Shown here: piece by piece, positions 48,172-59,100 of the stretch
How positions within the stretch are numbered: the first letter of the stretch is position 1
How the letters are laid out: every line of letters begins with the position of its first letter
DNA from: a virus
Length of the DNA stretch: 64,000 nt
Direction: 5' to 3' (one strand)
IMG/VR virus record: IMGVR_UViG_3300042549_008312
Span: 1 to 64,000 of that record
Notes under the pieces: model-generated
Told to the model about the DNA's origin: nothing
The model's database searches: none
The model's input: the letters and a program-made list of their open reading frames with translations, nothing else
Program-made: the position numbers and the translations under genes

Positions 48172-49875
48172 TTATGTTAGATAAACAAGATTTTTCATGA
48201 TTGATTTCAAATCTTTTTCTGAATACTTTTCTTTAAGTAATCTCTCAAATTCTTTTCTTGAGTAATGAGCTTTTAGACCCACATATTTTGCCTTGTTTTT
48301 GTTTTTATTGTAGTTACGATTAAACTTAGAAAAATGCTGTTTTAAAACACAATTTTTTGTTTCATCAAGGGCTGATAAACTAATCCCTTTATTATAAACA
48401 CGATCATTCATAAAGTTCTCATGTACCATTAATCTCATTTTTTCTTTTCTGTGACTTAAGATTATTGTTGCAAATCTTTTATCATCATAATCATGCTCAA
48501 CTTTCCAAAAAATTGATTCTGAGTTTGTCGTGATTCTTTTATTTATGTGTTTGGTAATAGAGCACTTTGACCCTTTTGGTAATTGTTTCTTTAAACGATT
48601 TAAAAAAGTTTGGGACACCGTATACAAACCAGTTCTTTCAACCGCATTTGCTAATGATGATAAAACACCATCAATTGATATTGACCCAAAATACATAATA
48701 TCAGTATTAATCTTAACGCAATAAACATCACGTAAAACACGCATTACATTAAGCATGTTTGTGATTGAGTGGATGCAACCATCAAGGTTAACCTCATTAG
48801 TATTTTCTATTACGGACTTAAAAAAGGTTTTATTTTCAATTAAAATGTCCAAAGGTAATTTTGATGGGTTAAGATAAAAGCCAGTTGTATTATCACGAGA
48901 ATAAACCAATTTAAAAAGTTTGCTATTCTTTATTTCATGTGCTGTGTAACCAAGTTTATATAAAACTGTTAAAGCATTTTCATTTATTGTGTAATATATT
49001 TCTTTAATATCACTGTCTGTTTGTTTTTCACTAAACCAATCACATTTTTCTTCCTTACCTTTATTGTGGTAGTATATGTTGGTGTTTAGTAGTTCCTTAT
49101 AACCAATTAAGTTAGCAACAAATTCTTCATCGGTATCAAAATATTTAGCGTAATAAGCATACATGGTTTTACCCCTATAATCCTTCTTATCATCCCTAAA
49201 ATTTCTTGCGTATTCTAAAACACTACAAGCTTCTGGTAAGATTAGGTTAAGTTTTCTAAAGTAATTAAGCATTATAAAAACACTAAAATAATCACTTATT
49301 TTTAATCTCTTGCTATCATCACGAAAAACTTTTTTTAGGTAACCTTCAGTAATAATTTCATTTATCTTTTCGTTATAACCTAAAACACTTAAAGATTTAT
49401 TAATACCCTCGTAGATAGCATTTTTATCTATTAAATTAAGATCAAAAATCCCCTCAATAATTGACAGTACTTGAGTCGTAAAAACAGTTTGTCTAATAAT
49501 TGGTTTTGGTTTTCTTTTTCTTGTCCCACTTTCTATTTTATACACAGAAAATTCACCTGTTGCCATGTCAATCGCCAAACTAGCGTAGCTCTTATACGTT
49601 TTGAGTCTTAAGGTTTTTAATTTCTTAATTTCAACAGAAGTTTTTCTAACAAAATATTTTTTAAAAATAATTTTATTTTTTTCAGTGTCATGTTCAACAA
49701 CAAATGTTTCTCTATGTACATAACAAGGGGTGTTATTTTTCAAAGACTCCTTAAAATGTTCTTCATTGGTTTCTACTAGTTTGGATGACACCCCAAAAAT
49801 TTCATCACTACCTAAGGTATCAGGTACCTCAACTTGAAGTTTTTCTACTATTGATCTATGAATTGTATTAACCAT
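48172..49875 (-). CDS. Hypothetical protein (start revised to MVNTIH)
   Basis: ORF behind a TATCTTTG promoter. Confidence 0.6.
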   Translation of the reverse strand: MVNTIHRSIVEKLQVEVPDTLGSDEIFGVSSKLVETNEEHFKESLKNNTPCYVHRETFVVEHDTEKNKIIFKKYFVRKTSVEIKKLKTLRLKTYKSYASLAIDMATGEFSVYKIESGTRKRKPKPIIRQTVFTTQVLSIIEGIFDLNLIDKNAIYEGINKSLSVLGYNEKINEIITEGYLKKVFRDDSKRLKISDYFSVFIMLNYFRKLNLILPEACSVLEYARNFRDDKKDYRGKTMYAYYAKYFDTDEEFVANLIGYKELLNTNIYYHNKGKEEKCDWFSEKQTDSDIKEIYYTINENALTVLYKLGYTAHEIKNSKLFKLVYSRDNTTGFYLNPSKLPLDILIENKTFFKSVIENTNEVNLDGCIHSITNMLNVMRVLRDVYCVKINTDIMYFGSISIDGVLSSLANAVERTGLYTVSQTFLNRLKKQLPKGSKCSITKHINKRITTNSESIFWKVEHDYDDKRFATIILSHRKEKMRLMVHENFMNDRVYNKGISLSALDETKNCVLKQHFSKFNRNYNKNKNKAKYVGLKAHYSRKEFERLLKEKYSEKDLKSIMKNLVYLT

Positions 49876-49925
49876 ATTATTATTTTGATTTAGGCAAAGA
49901 TAAACAAAAAAACTTAACAAACAAA

Positions 49926-49951
49926 AAAAGGTGAGAAAAATCTCACCTTTT
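49926..49951 (-). terminator. Intrinsic terminator
   Basis: aaaaggtgaga aaaa tctcacctttt. Confidence 0.8.
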
Positions 49952-49958
49952 AAAGTCA

Positions 49959-50130
49959 TGAACGGTATCGGAATCAGGTCCCAGGTTTTAATGTCCCTGT
50001 AACATGGTGTTTTACATTTACGCAGCGTCTCTCGACCTACGGTTTAGTACCCACTCTACACCTTGTGGTGGGGTTTTTTCTGGCTTAGTTGTATATTTGT
50101 AAAACTTGCCGAAAGTATTCCCACCGTTCA
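49959..50130 (-). ncRNA. Structured RNA directly after the DUF2828 gene, related to the tRNA-operon CAGCA-motif RNAs
   Basis: TGAACGGT/ACCGTTCA and GGAAT/ATTCC closing stems; 23/27-nt identity to the 5' part of 32408-32467. Confidence 0.7.
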
Positions 50131-50136
50131 ATATTT

Positions 50137-51534
50137 TTAAGCTGTTATGCAAGCATAACGTTCGCTATTCACTGTTTTGTTCATGATAGCAACTGGTGTG
50201 AAGTCGTCCCCTGCTAAAAGCGACTTTAAGATCGCTGGAGAGAATCCGCTTACCAGTGCAGTACCGTTTTTACCGAAGCTAACTGGTACGTTATCATGTC
50301 TGCTTTGAATGTTCCAGAACACAATTTTTGGGATTGTGTATCCAGCTTCGCTGTATTTATTTTCAATCATTTTGATAGCCGTTTCATTAGAACGAACAGC
50401 TTGATTGAATTCCATATCTGACATAATCAAGATAGTTGTTGGCATTTCTTCTTGTGGAAGAGAATGTTTAGTAGCTTGATCCAAAATCATTTTGAAAGTA
50501 GCTTCAAGATCTGTACTCATACCCCACTCAGCTCTTTCCAATTGTAGCATTCTGTCAACAATACTACCGTTTAAGTATTGCAACTGTGGGTTTGATGAGA
50601 ACGTAATGAAAGCATCTTTAAATTTACCCACGTTTCTTTCAGAGATATATAACCCCAAAGAAACACAAACATCCATACAAGAAAGATTTTGGTTGTTACC
50701 TGCTGGAGTGCTCATCGAACCCGATACATCACACACTGGTAAAATTCTTTCTTCAGTGTTTGTCAAATAGTTTGGAAGTGATTCCCATTGTTTAGTTCCA
50801 ACAACTTTGTCACCACCGTATCTCAACGACTTTAACACATCATATGGGTACAAAGCACCAGCCTTAATTGTTTTTGCGGTGTTTTTGAACTCATCAAATC
50901 TAACGCTATCGTTTTTAACAAACGCTTTAGTGTATCTTGACATAGCCAAAGATGGTACGTGGTTGTAAGTGATTTGTGACCACTGACCAGCACACATCAA
51001 CTGCTCAACAACTTTGGTTTTTTCTACCAATGATTTACGGTATTCTTTTGGGGATAAACCAAGATGTCTTTCCAAAGCAATTGCTTGCTTACCCTTTCTT
51101 GGCATCCATTTAGCACAAAGACCATCGTTGTTGTTTAAAGCAACCTCAATCAATCCCTTAGCTTGTCCTTCCAAAGGAGTACCAAATAATGACAACATGT
51201 CATCCCAACGACCAAACTCAGGGATATACTGAATATTCTTAGCCAAAGACTCAGAATGATTCTCAGCAAGATATTTAAGGATATCTCTAAATACTTTTCT
51301 TTCACCAGCACCAGAGCGTGCATCTCTAGCCCAAAAAAGAATTCTTAAAGCGGTTACAGGGTTTTCGTTAAAGGCTTTGCTATATTTAGCAATTAACCTG
51401 CCGACATCTTGACCACGCATTGCACCTATTACAAAGAATAAGTCAACACATGCATTCAAAGATGATGAATTAGTAACCATACCATTTTCTGTGGTGGTAT
51501 TTTCTGTTCTTAAAGCGTCAACGAAACGTGTCAT
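50137..51534 (-). CDS. DUF2828 / TROVE-like helical domain + vWA domain protein (Ro60-like architecture)
   Basis: TENG, RD.R.GAGE, GRWDD, AKWMPR, YRK.L, VPS.AM..Y..AF, DVSGSM (MIDAS), SDMEF, FWN, SGFSP. Confidence 0.85.
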   Translation of the reverse strand: MTRFVDALRTENTTTENGMVTNSSSLNACVDLFFVIGAMRGQDVGRLIAKYSKAFNENPVTALRILFWARDARSGAGERKVFRDILKYLAENHSESLAKNIQYIPEFGRWDDMLSLFGTPLEGQAKGLIEVALNNNDGLCAKWMPRKGKQAIALERHLGLSPKEYRKSLVEKTKVVEQLMCAGQWSQITYNHVPSLAMSRYTKAFVKNDSVRFDEFKNTAKTIKAGALYPYDVLKSLRYGGDKVVGTKQWESLPNYLTNTEERILPVCDVSGSMSTPAGNNQNLSCMDVCVSLGLYISERNVGKFKDAFITFSSNPQLQYLNGSIVDRMLQLERAEWGMSTDLEATFKMILDQATKHSLPQEEMPTTILIMSDMEFNQAVRSNETAIKMIENKYSEAGYTIPKIVFWNIQSRHDNVPVSFGKNGTALVSGFSPAILKSLLAGDDFTPVAIMNKTVNSERYACITA

Positions 51535-51609
51535 ATTGTTTATTATTTTAAATCTGTTACAAATATAGTAATAGAGTTGTGAAAAACCAAATTTTTTTAA
51601 AAGTTTTTT

Positions 51610-51915
51610 TTAAATTTCTTTTGGGCCGTACAAAAATTCACCGTTTTCATCCACGCCTTTAACTTGAATCAGATCATCTTTCAATAAATCTTCAAAAGTC
51701 TCGGATATGATATACTTATTGGTTTTATCAATTAAATACTCTAACTGCCCTTCCATTAAAATGCAAGAACCAGTTTCTTCGTAATTTTCTGTTACGGTTT
51801 CAGTTATGAACTTTTTTAAAATTTTTCGGTCCATAAACAAACCAGCTTTTTTAAAAAAGTTTTCTGAGTCCAAAACATACATAATATGTTTTACGTATTC
51901 TGTTATTTCTTTCAT
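51610..51915 (-). CDS. Hypothetical protein
   Basis: ORF. Confidence 0.6.
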   Translation of the reverse strand: MKEITEYVKHIMYVLDSENFFKKAGLFMDRKILKKFITETVTENYEETGSCILMEGQLEYLIDKTNKYIISETFEDLLKDDLIQVKGVDENGEFLYGPKEI

Positions 51916-51938
51916 TGTACAATATTAAGGACTATTCC

Positions 51939-52295
51939 TTAAATAACCAAATTTTTACCATAAATTTTTTCAATATCGTCAATATAACCCTTTGACCAAC
52001 TTTTTAGTATGTTAAAGTACCTTATGAAATCTTTGTAGTTCTTTCTGTTAATAATAAATGTTTCGGTGTGTGTATCCTCAAACATGGTTTTTGTTTTTGA
52101 ATTTAAGTAAAGGCTTCCTATCGAACACTTGTGCTGGTGATCAGCGTCTTGTATCTGATTTACGGACATGTATTCATGATTACCATCTGGTGAGATGTAG
52201 TAAATTTTAAATTCGTGATTTACATAATCACTCAAGCTGTACTTGCAAATAAACAAACTGTTCATTTGCGTTAATTTAATTGTGAAGTCTTTCAT
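51939..52295 (-). CDS. Hypothetical protein
   Basis: ORF. Confidence 0.5.
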   Translation of the reverse strand: MKDFTIKLTQMNSLFICKYSLSDYVNHEFKIYYISPDGNHEYMSVNQIQDADHQHKCSIGSLYLNSKTKTMFEDTHTETFIINRKNYKDFIRYFNILKSWSKGYIDDIEKIYGKNLVI

Positions 52296-52369
52296 CTTTT
52301 TTCCTTTTTTAGACTATTTATTATTAACTGGAGATAATAAAACGACTTCACTAATAAATACATCAGATT

Positions 52370-52774
52370 ATGACAAAAAAAGTAAGATTCACAGAAAGAC
52401 AAATAAAAATGCTTGCGGAAGTAGAGGCTCAAAAATTGAAAAATCCTGTTAATGAGGGTATTGAAGATATGTTGAGTAAACACCTAGGTGATGATGAAGA
52501 TAAAAAAATTGAATATCCTTCACAAGAAGATTTAGAAGGTGGTATAGATTCAGACACTGAAATGGATGGAGATGACACCATTAAAGTTACTGATATGAAA
52601 GGTGCTTCAGAATTATTAGGTTATTTAGATAAACTAGAAGAAGCGAAATCCGTTTTAAGCAAAATTGCTGCTAAAGAGGATGATGATAACATCAAAGGTA
52701 GGATCTACGCACATTACGAAAAAACACAAAAACTAATCTTTGAGTTAATCAAAGAATTTGGAATTGTTCACTAA
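52370..52774 (+). CDS. Hypothetical acidic protein
   Basis: ORF followed by terminator gccctcttaaccgagggctttttt. Confidence 0.65.
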   Translation: MTKKVRFTERQIKMLAEVEAQKLKNPVNEGIEDMLSKHLGDDEDKKIEYPSQEDLEGGIDSDTEMDGDDTIKVTDMKGASELLGYLDKLEEAKSVLSKIAAKEDDDNIKGRIYAHYEKTQKLIFELIKEFGIVH

Positions 52775-52842
52775 AAACTTTGGGCCCTCTTAACCGAGGG
52801 CTTTTTTGTTTATTTTAATCCTATTCCCCCTATATTTATAGG

Positions 52843-53481
52843 GTGTCTAAACCATATAAAATATTATTATATAATAACGGTAAACGTGTTAAAGTTATCG
52901 ATCAGATCACCACGTATAATGAATCCGTTAAGATATATAACCAAATACTGGGTGCCAATGTATGTTTTTTTCCAAAAGAATACGATTGGTTGGGTAAAGA
53001 AACTGATTATGAATTAGTTTTGATAGGCCCAAAGACAGGTACCTCAATAAGTCATTTTAGGAATGATATGGGTGCACTCGTTAAAGTTAAACCTAAGGGT
53101 GATTTTGTTATAAAGAAAATTAACCCATACCCCATCGAAGAAGTGTTTAAACATAAGAACACTGATCAAAAGCACACGTTTAAATCTTTAGTTAAGAATT
53201 TCCTGGTGAATAGTGGTAACACAAGAGTTATCCTATCTTTCAATAATAAACTTGTTATTGAATATTTTGAAAATGAGAGGCTTGATGTGTTTGTACTTAA
53301 AAATCAAGAAGACTCGTTAAGATTGAATGAAACCATTAAAGTTTTTACACAAACAAATGGTTTAACAAACTTTATATTTTTTAATGACCCAACAATTGAT
53401 ACTGTAAGAAGGGTTTATGATGCCTTAGAAGCTAATTATGGGATTTCAAGAGAATGGATGGCTAGAACATCAACAAGGTAA
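52843..53481 (+). CDS. Hypothetical protein
   Basis: GTG-start ORF. Confidence 0.6.
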   Translation: MSKPYKILLYNNGKRVKVIDQITTYNESVKIYNQILGANVCFFPKEYDWLGKETDYELVLIGPKTGTSISHFRNDMGALVKVKPKGDFVIKKINPYPIEEVFKHKNTDQKHTFKSLVKNFLVNSGNTRVILSFNNKLVIEYFENERLDVFVLKNQEDSLRLNETIKVFTQTNGLTNFIFFNDPTIDTVRRVYDALEANYGISREWMARTSTR

Positions 53482-53697
53482 TTAAACTCTTTTAAAAATA
53501 AACCTAACATCGTTTATTATGATCTCAAAGGTTTTTTTAGAGACATACCCATGTATTGTCTTATTTATAAACCTAAAAACCTCTTGTTGTAATACCTCGT
53601 GTCTACCTTCATTTAATTTAACATAAATTTCGGTATTTTTGTTTTCACCAGTATTTGAGATCGTTGTTGCGATATTATTTATCTGCTCTAATTTCAT
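53482..53697 (-). CDS. Hypothetical protein
   Basis: ORF. Confidence 0.55.
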   Translation of the reverse strand: MKLEQINNIATTISNTGENKNTEIYVKLNEGRHEVLQQEVFRFINKTIHGYVSKKTFEIIINDVRFIFKRV

Positions 53698-53900
53698 ATA
53701 TATCTAAATACTTTTGATACAAAATTTTTAAATTTTGCCCATCTGGATGGTTCTTTTTTAATGTAATTGTCAAAATTATTAATTTCTTTACCTAAACCTT
53801 TTTTTACTGCGTCAGCATAAGCTTTTTTAGCTTTTTCAATATCAAAATTATCTTTATTTATCTCTTTTTCAAATGTCCTGTAAAGTCTATCGTCTTCCAT
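53694..53900 (-). CDS. Hypothetical protein
   Basis: ORF. Confidence 0.55.
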   Translation of the reverse strand: MEDDRLYRTFEKEINKDNFDIEKAKKAYADAVKKGLGKEINNFDNYIKKEPSRWAKFKNFVSKVFRYI

Positions 53901-53901
53901 A

Positions 53902-54477
53902 TTATTTTTTTATATAAATAGTAAAATCTTCATTTTCCAAATAACCTTGTATCAATTCTGGTTTTGCGATATGCGATAATCGACTAACCATGTCTTCTGG
54001 GTTATATAAATTTAAAGGTGATAAACCAGACCTCTCATCTAAAAAATTAAAGGCCACACCTTTATTACACATTTTATAAGCCAACTCAATTTTCTCAATA
54101 ACCTCATTCATCTCAACAAACCAGGTAAAAACACCTGACCCTATTATATAATCAAAGTTACCTTCAACATCACCTATGTCAGAACATATGAATTTATTTG
54201 TTGGGTATAATTGATTTGCGTAGATAATATACTTGTGGTTAATATCAATTCCTGTGTAATCTATACTGTTATGGTTGTTATTAGCCATATAATCGTTTAA
54301 ATGACCCAATCCACAGCCATAATCAAGCAAAGATGAGTTATCTTCTACCCCAATGTCAAATAAGGCCTTAAATCGCTTCTCTTGCGTTTCTTTGGTTGTC
54401 CAACCAACAGCCATTGGTGTTGTAATTGGGTAATCCTCAAGATACATGTTGTATACGCCAATAATATCACTGTTCAT
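53902..54477 (-). CDS. Class I SAM-dependent methyltransferase
   Basis: GW.....Q..RF, LLDYGCGLG, YTGIDI, FDY...SGVF, G.AFN. Confidence 0.85.
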   Translation of the reverse strand: MNSDIIGVYNMYLEDYPITTPMAVGWTTKETQEKRFKALFDIGVEDNSSLLDYGCGLGHLNDYMANNNHNSIDYTGIDINHKYIIYANQLYPTNKFICSDIGDVEGNFDYIIGSGVFTWFVEMNEVIEKIELAYKMCNKGVAFNFLDERSGLSPLNLYNPEDMVSRLSHIAKPELIQGYLENEDFTIYIKK

Positions 54478-54811
54478 CTGGTAATTTTGATTCAATGTAT
54501 AATTCAATAATGTTTATGTAATAAACAACCCCTGATATAAATGCCGCATCAAAGATAGTAAAAAGAATCTTATCCAACAAACTTAAATTTATTTTACCGA
54601 AAAGAATAACTGTTGGTGAAAACCCTAAAACTGGTACAACAAATAAACCAACCCAAAAACCAAAACACATCATACAACTTAATAAAGAACCCAAAAAAAC
54701 CGATTTGGCTTTTATGGTTTCTCTAAATGGTTTAAATAACTTGCTTTGCACAACAATTGATGTTAGACCATAGGATATGAAAATAAAGTATACGAGGGTT
54801 ATCCAATTCAT
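54467..54811 (-). CDS. DUF1360-like membrane protein
   Basis: F.P.R, L.C..C.GFW.G, TM helices. Confidence 0.65.
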   Translation of the reverse strand: MNWITLVYFIFISYGLTSIVVQSKLFKPFRETIKAKSVFLGSLLSCMMCFGFWVGLFVVPVLGFSPTVILFGKINLSLLDKILFTIFDAAFISGVVYYINIIELYIESKLPDEQ

Positions 54812-54812
54812 T

Positions 54813-55298
54813 TTATTCTTCAGTTTTAGCTATATCAGCTTCAACCTCATTATTTTCGGTGTTTAATTCAGGTTCCTCAGTGATGGGTTCCTCAACTTTC
54901 TTAGATCTTTTTTTACCACCACCCATTATAGATAATGGTGTGTCAAAAGAAAGTTGTTTAAGTTCATCATAACTTAACTTACCAAATAACCCTTTTAGTT
55001 CCGTCATTTTTTCACTGAACAAATCCTGTTTCTTTTGTAGGTCGAGATTATACTCAATTATCCTACTAAAGATGGTATACATCTCTTCAAATGCGAATAA
55101 ATCACTGAACATGATATAGTAGATAAACCCAGTATCCTCGGAAACTTTTTGTTTTTTTAATTTAATTTCTTCTGGCACATGATCTTCAAGTATTGACCAG
55201 GTTGGGTCCAACCAAAAATCAATAACCCTAACATCAGCGTTAATCCTAAAACCAATAAGGTTATCAGGATATTTTTTAAACATTTCGTCTAATTTCAT
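54813..55298 (-). CDS. Hypothetical protein
   Basis: ORF. Confidence 0.6.
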   Translation of the reverse strand: MKLDEMFKKYPDNLIGFRINADVRVIDFWLDPTWSILEDHVPEEIKLKKQKVSEDTGFIYYIMFSDLFAFEEMYTIFSRIIEYNLDLQKKQDLFSEKMTELKGLFGKLSYDELKQLSFDTPLSIMGGGKKRSKKVEEPITEEPELNTENNEVEADIAKTEE

Positions 55299-55504
55299 AT
55301 GTTAATTCCGTTTATAATACATGTTATTATGTAAGAGACAGATAATCCGAGATAGATTAGCTCTTTTTGTGTCAATGTGTATTTTTTAGGTTCAATATCA
55401 ACAATATTACGGTAGAATAGGAATATATGTCTTAATATCACCAAAATAGATAATATAAGGCCTGCTAAAAGCACCTTATTGATTAGTCCAAGTAGTATGT
55501 CCAT
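55295..55504 (-). CDS. Small two-TM membrane protein
   Basis: Hydrophobic helices. Confidence 0.55.
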   Translation of the reverse strand: MDILLGLINKVLLAGLILSILVILRHIFLFYRNIVDIEPKKYTLTQKELIYLGLSVSYIITCIINGINI

Positions 55505-55546
55505 GATTTTATTTTTTTATAAAAATAGGTATAAAAACTGATATTA

Positions 55547-56020
55547 TCAATAATTGTTTAAAAAATACTTATCAAGTGTTTTATATACCTCAAAAAAAAG
55601 ATCGTGTTCAGATTTTGTTTTGGTTATTTCAATTGACATAACGTCATCCCAAAAATTAATGATCTTAGCAAATAAACCTTTTGTTTTAGTGCTATTACCA
55701 TAATAGATGTCCATAAAATAGGCTAAAAAATAGTAATAATGCTCACCCCTTTCCTGGAATAAGATATTTTCCTTTTTGAAGTTGTCTATGTTTTTTTTCC
55801 AACACCAGTTAAAATGATTTACTTGGTCGTCTTGGTAAAGAATAACATCATCACCAAGATAAGTATCTTCGATTATGTATGTTAATGAAATGGAGAAGTC
55901 TCTAAATAATTCAACCTTTTCAGTTGTGATATTATTTATTGTGTTTAAATAGGTTAACTGTTCAAAACTTAATGGTTTTGAAAAGTATTCTAAAAACTTA
56001 TGTATGTGTCCCCTACTCAT
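55547..56020 (-). CDS. Hypothetical protein
   Basis: TYLGDD, HF.WCW motifs. Confidence 0.6.
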   Translation of the reverse strand: MSRGHIHKFLEYFSKPLSFEQLTYLNTINNITTEKVELFRDFSISLTYIIEDTYLGDDVILYQDDQVNHFNWCWKKNIDNFKKENILFQERGEHYYYFLAYFMDIYYGNSTKTKGLFAKIINFWDDVMSIEITKTKSEHDLFFEVYKTLDKYFLNNY

Positions 56021-56100
56021 CCCTTATAATAAATAAGGGCCTCATGTTGATGAAGCCCTTATAAATATAAATTTTAAAAAAAAAATGTAAACTAAATGAC

Positions 56101-59100
56101 TTACAATAATTTTTTCTTGCTAACGCTTTTCCAGAAAACATCGTTTTCATTACTTTGTTTAGCTTTTTTCTCTTCAAAAATTACGTTTTGATCATAAGAA
56201 ACCATTTTCATCATTTTTTGTATTTCCAATGAAACAACATCTTCTTTCAAAGCATCACTTTTTTCATAAGAAAAATCTTTATCAATGTTAAGTCCTTTTG
56301 AACCGTAATCCATATCTCTTTCAGGTCTTCTTGCTTTCACAGCATCTTTTAATTTTTTACCACCTTTTGACTCATGGTCAACATTAGCATGATCTTTTGG
56401 TGCTAACCCATCTGTTTCTTTTTCAACTCTATTTTTAAAAGCCTCAGAAGCGTCATTAGTATAATCAAGGTCTAACATATTATTTCTTCCGTGTTGTCTT
56501 AAAGCAGCTTCATCTTCGAAACTATTGTTTTCGTATTTTTGGTTTTTAAGATTGTCAATTTTTTCTTCAGTTGTTTCTTGTGTTTCCTCAGCGTCTTTCA
56601 TAGCTTCTTTATTTTCTTTTTCAGAAGATTTTTTGTTTTCAGAATCAACATTTTTACCTTTTTTGTCAACAAATTTAGCCAACTCAGCTTCCCCTAAGAA
56701 ATCTATATCATCACCACTGTCAACGTCAAAATTACCCATTTTTTCGATATTTTTTAAGCCACTTTTTTCGATCTTTTTCAAAGCATCCGTTGATGGCTCT
56801 TCGTCAGAAAAATCATCATCTTCAGTGTCTTTGTATTTACTGTCTTGTTTTTCAGTGTAAGATTTGATAAACTCAGCTTTTTTCATAACTATAGGTTGTG
56901 AGTCAGCAACTGTATCCAAAGCGTCTGTTAAATTATCATCCATCATTAAACCAGTCTTATCTAAGAAACCTCTTTTAGTTGGGGATACTAATAAATTTAA
57001 TATACTATAATTTGGATTAACCTCATCTTTATTTACGTTAGGCCCTCTTTCGAATAATCTGTCGCAATACTCTAAATAACTTTCCTCAGGGGTTTTTTGT
57101 ATAAATTTAATAAAATTATTAGCGTTAGCGTCTCTGCTTGAGGCACGTTCACTAAAATACTTATTAAATTCAAGTTTAATTTTATCTGAACTTAAAGCTT
57201 TAGCCACCGTACCCATAGATTTTTCAATAGCGTTCATGAAATTTGTGAAATATTTCATTTCTCTTTCATATTGATCACTAACAGATACATTATCGTCTTC
57301 CATATCATCTTCTTCACTATATTCCATAAGTTTATCTTCTGGTCCTTCAATACCCATTGGTCCAACTGGTGTCATGTCCATTGGAGCTGGTGTCATATCA
57401 CCTTCTGGTGCACCTTCACCTTCTATCTCATTCATCAAGAAATCAAACACATGGCTCAAATTTTCTTTTGTAACAGCCATATGATCAGCAGCCCAATCAT
57501 GTCCGCTATTTAAAATAGCTTCAATCTTACCGTGGTCAAATTTCATTAAAACATCGGCTTGTCTTTTGATTTGTTCCAAATTAGAGAAGAACATGTATCT
57601 GCTACTGTCTTCACTACCTTCTTCTAATTCATTAATTTCATATTTAGCTCTATCTTCTGGGCTCATATAATCTGGGTTTGATCCACCATATTTAGCAAAA
57701 TTAGTACCATGTAAATTATCCATATATTTAGAAATACCATCATTTTTTGCCCAATTATTTGAATCATATGGATCAACACCTTTTTTCTTTAAATAACTAG
57801 CTGTCACCAAATTAAAGTCTTTTGGTGCCCAATCATTATCTTTAATATCCATCACACAATAATCTTTTATAGATTGTTTATCGGTTTCTGCGCTATATTC
57901 CCATCCATTAAAAATTTGACCAGTAGCTTTATTAACAGCAAAATAGTTATAACTTGGGTCTACTTCAAAAGAACCTTCTCCTAAATCCATTTCATTCATC
58001 CAACCTTCTTCTTCCAATTCAACACCATCTCTTTTATCTTTACCAAATTTTTCTTTGGCTTCAAGATAATCTTCCATTGAAAGATCCCATCCCCCTTTTC
58101 CATCCTCACTTTTTTCTTTAACAGCTTTATCAACATGTTCTTTGGCTTGATCATAAGTATGACCCTGTTTAATGCAATATTCTAATTGGTCGTGGATAGC
58201 TGGGTTAATACCCTCAGCTTCATCTACCATTTCACCTTCTTCTTCTAAATATATACCACCTTCTTCTGGATCCACACCAGCGTAATAAGCATCTTCGTAC
58301 ATTGGTTGTTCAGAGGCCATAGATCCTTTATTGTGATAAGATTCTGAGATATAATTAGCAATTTCGTTGGCACAAGAAGAACCTTCATTCATCATGCAAG
58401 ATTTTACCATCTCCATGCAAATTTCAGCATCTTCCATCATTGTTTTACAGTAACCTTCATATGTCTCACCTTCATTTAGTGTTTCAGGTAAAAAACCTTC
58501 TTGAACCAAAGTTTCGTACATGCAGCCTGAAAGTTGTTTATTTTCCATAATACCGCTCATGCATTTTGATGCGAATTCGGGCGTTAATTGTATGTTTTCC
58601 ATAGTATTTGTATTTTCTAAGTTTTTATTTTCTTCTGTATAATTTTCATCCAATAATTCGATGGATTCGTTTAATTGTTCAATAACGGATTCATTGATAT
58701 TTTCCATTTTAACCATATCAATTGTTTCCGCTAAATATTTTTCTCTGATTAATTTTGCAACAAATTCTGGTGACTTACCAGTTTCTTCAGCGATATGAGA
58801 GCAATACCCATAACAACCCTCACACATTTCTTCTTTTGATTTACCAATAAGTTTGATTGGTTTATCAATAGCGCCTTGTGAGCAATATGGGAATGCAAGA
58901 CATTTAGGTTCAATAGCAACTAGCTGACCACCATTGTAAGCTGGTTTTTGTTTTAAATCACCACCAAACCAATCTAATAAATCACCTTCGGTAACCAAAG
59001 CACCTTCAGTACTATATATGTGTTCCTTAACATAACCTTGTGGTGGTATAGCTATTCTACCCACACCAACACCGTTTTTAACACTAGAATCTTTCCATGT

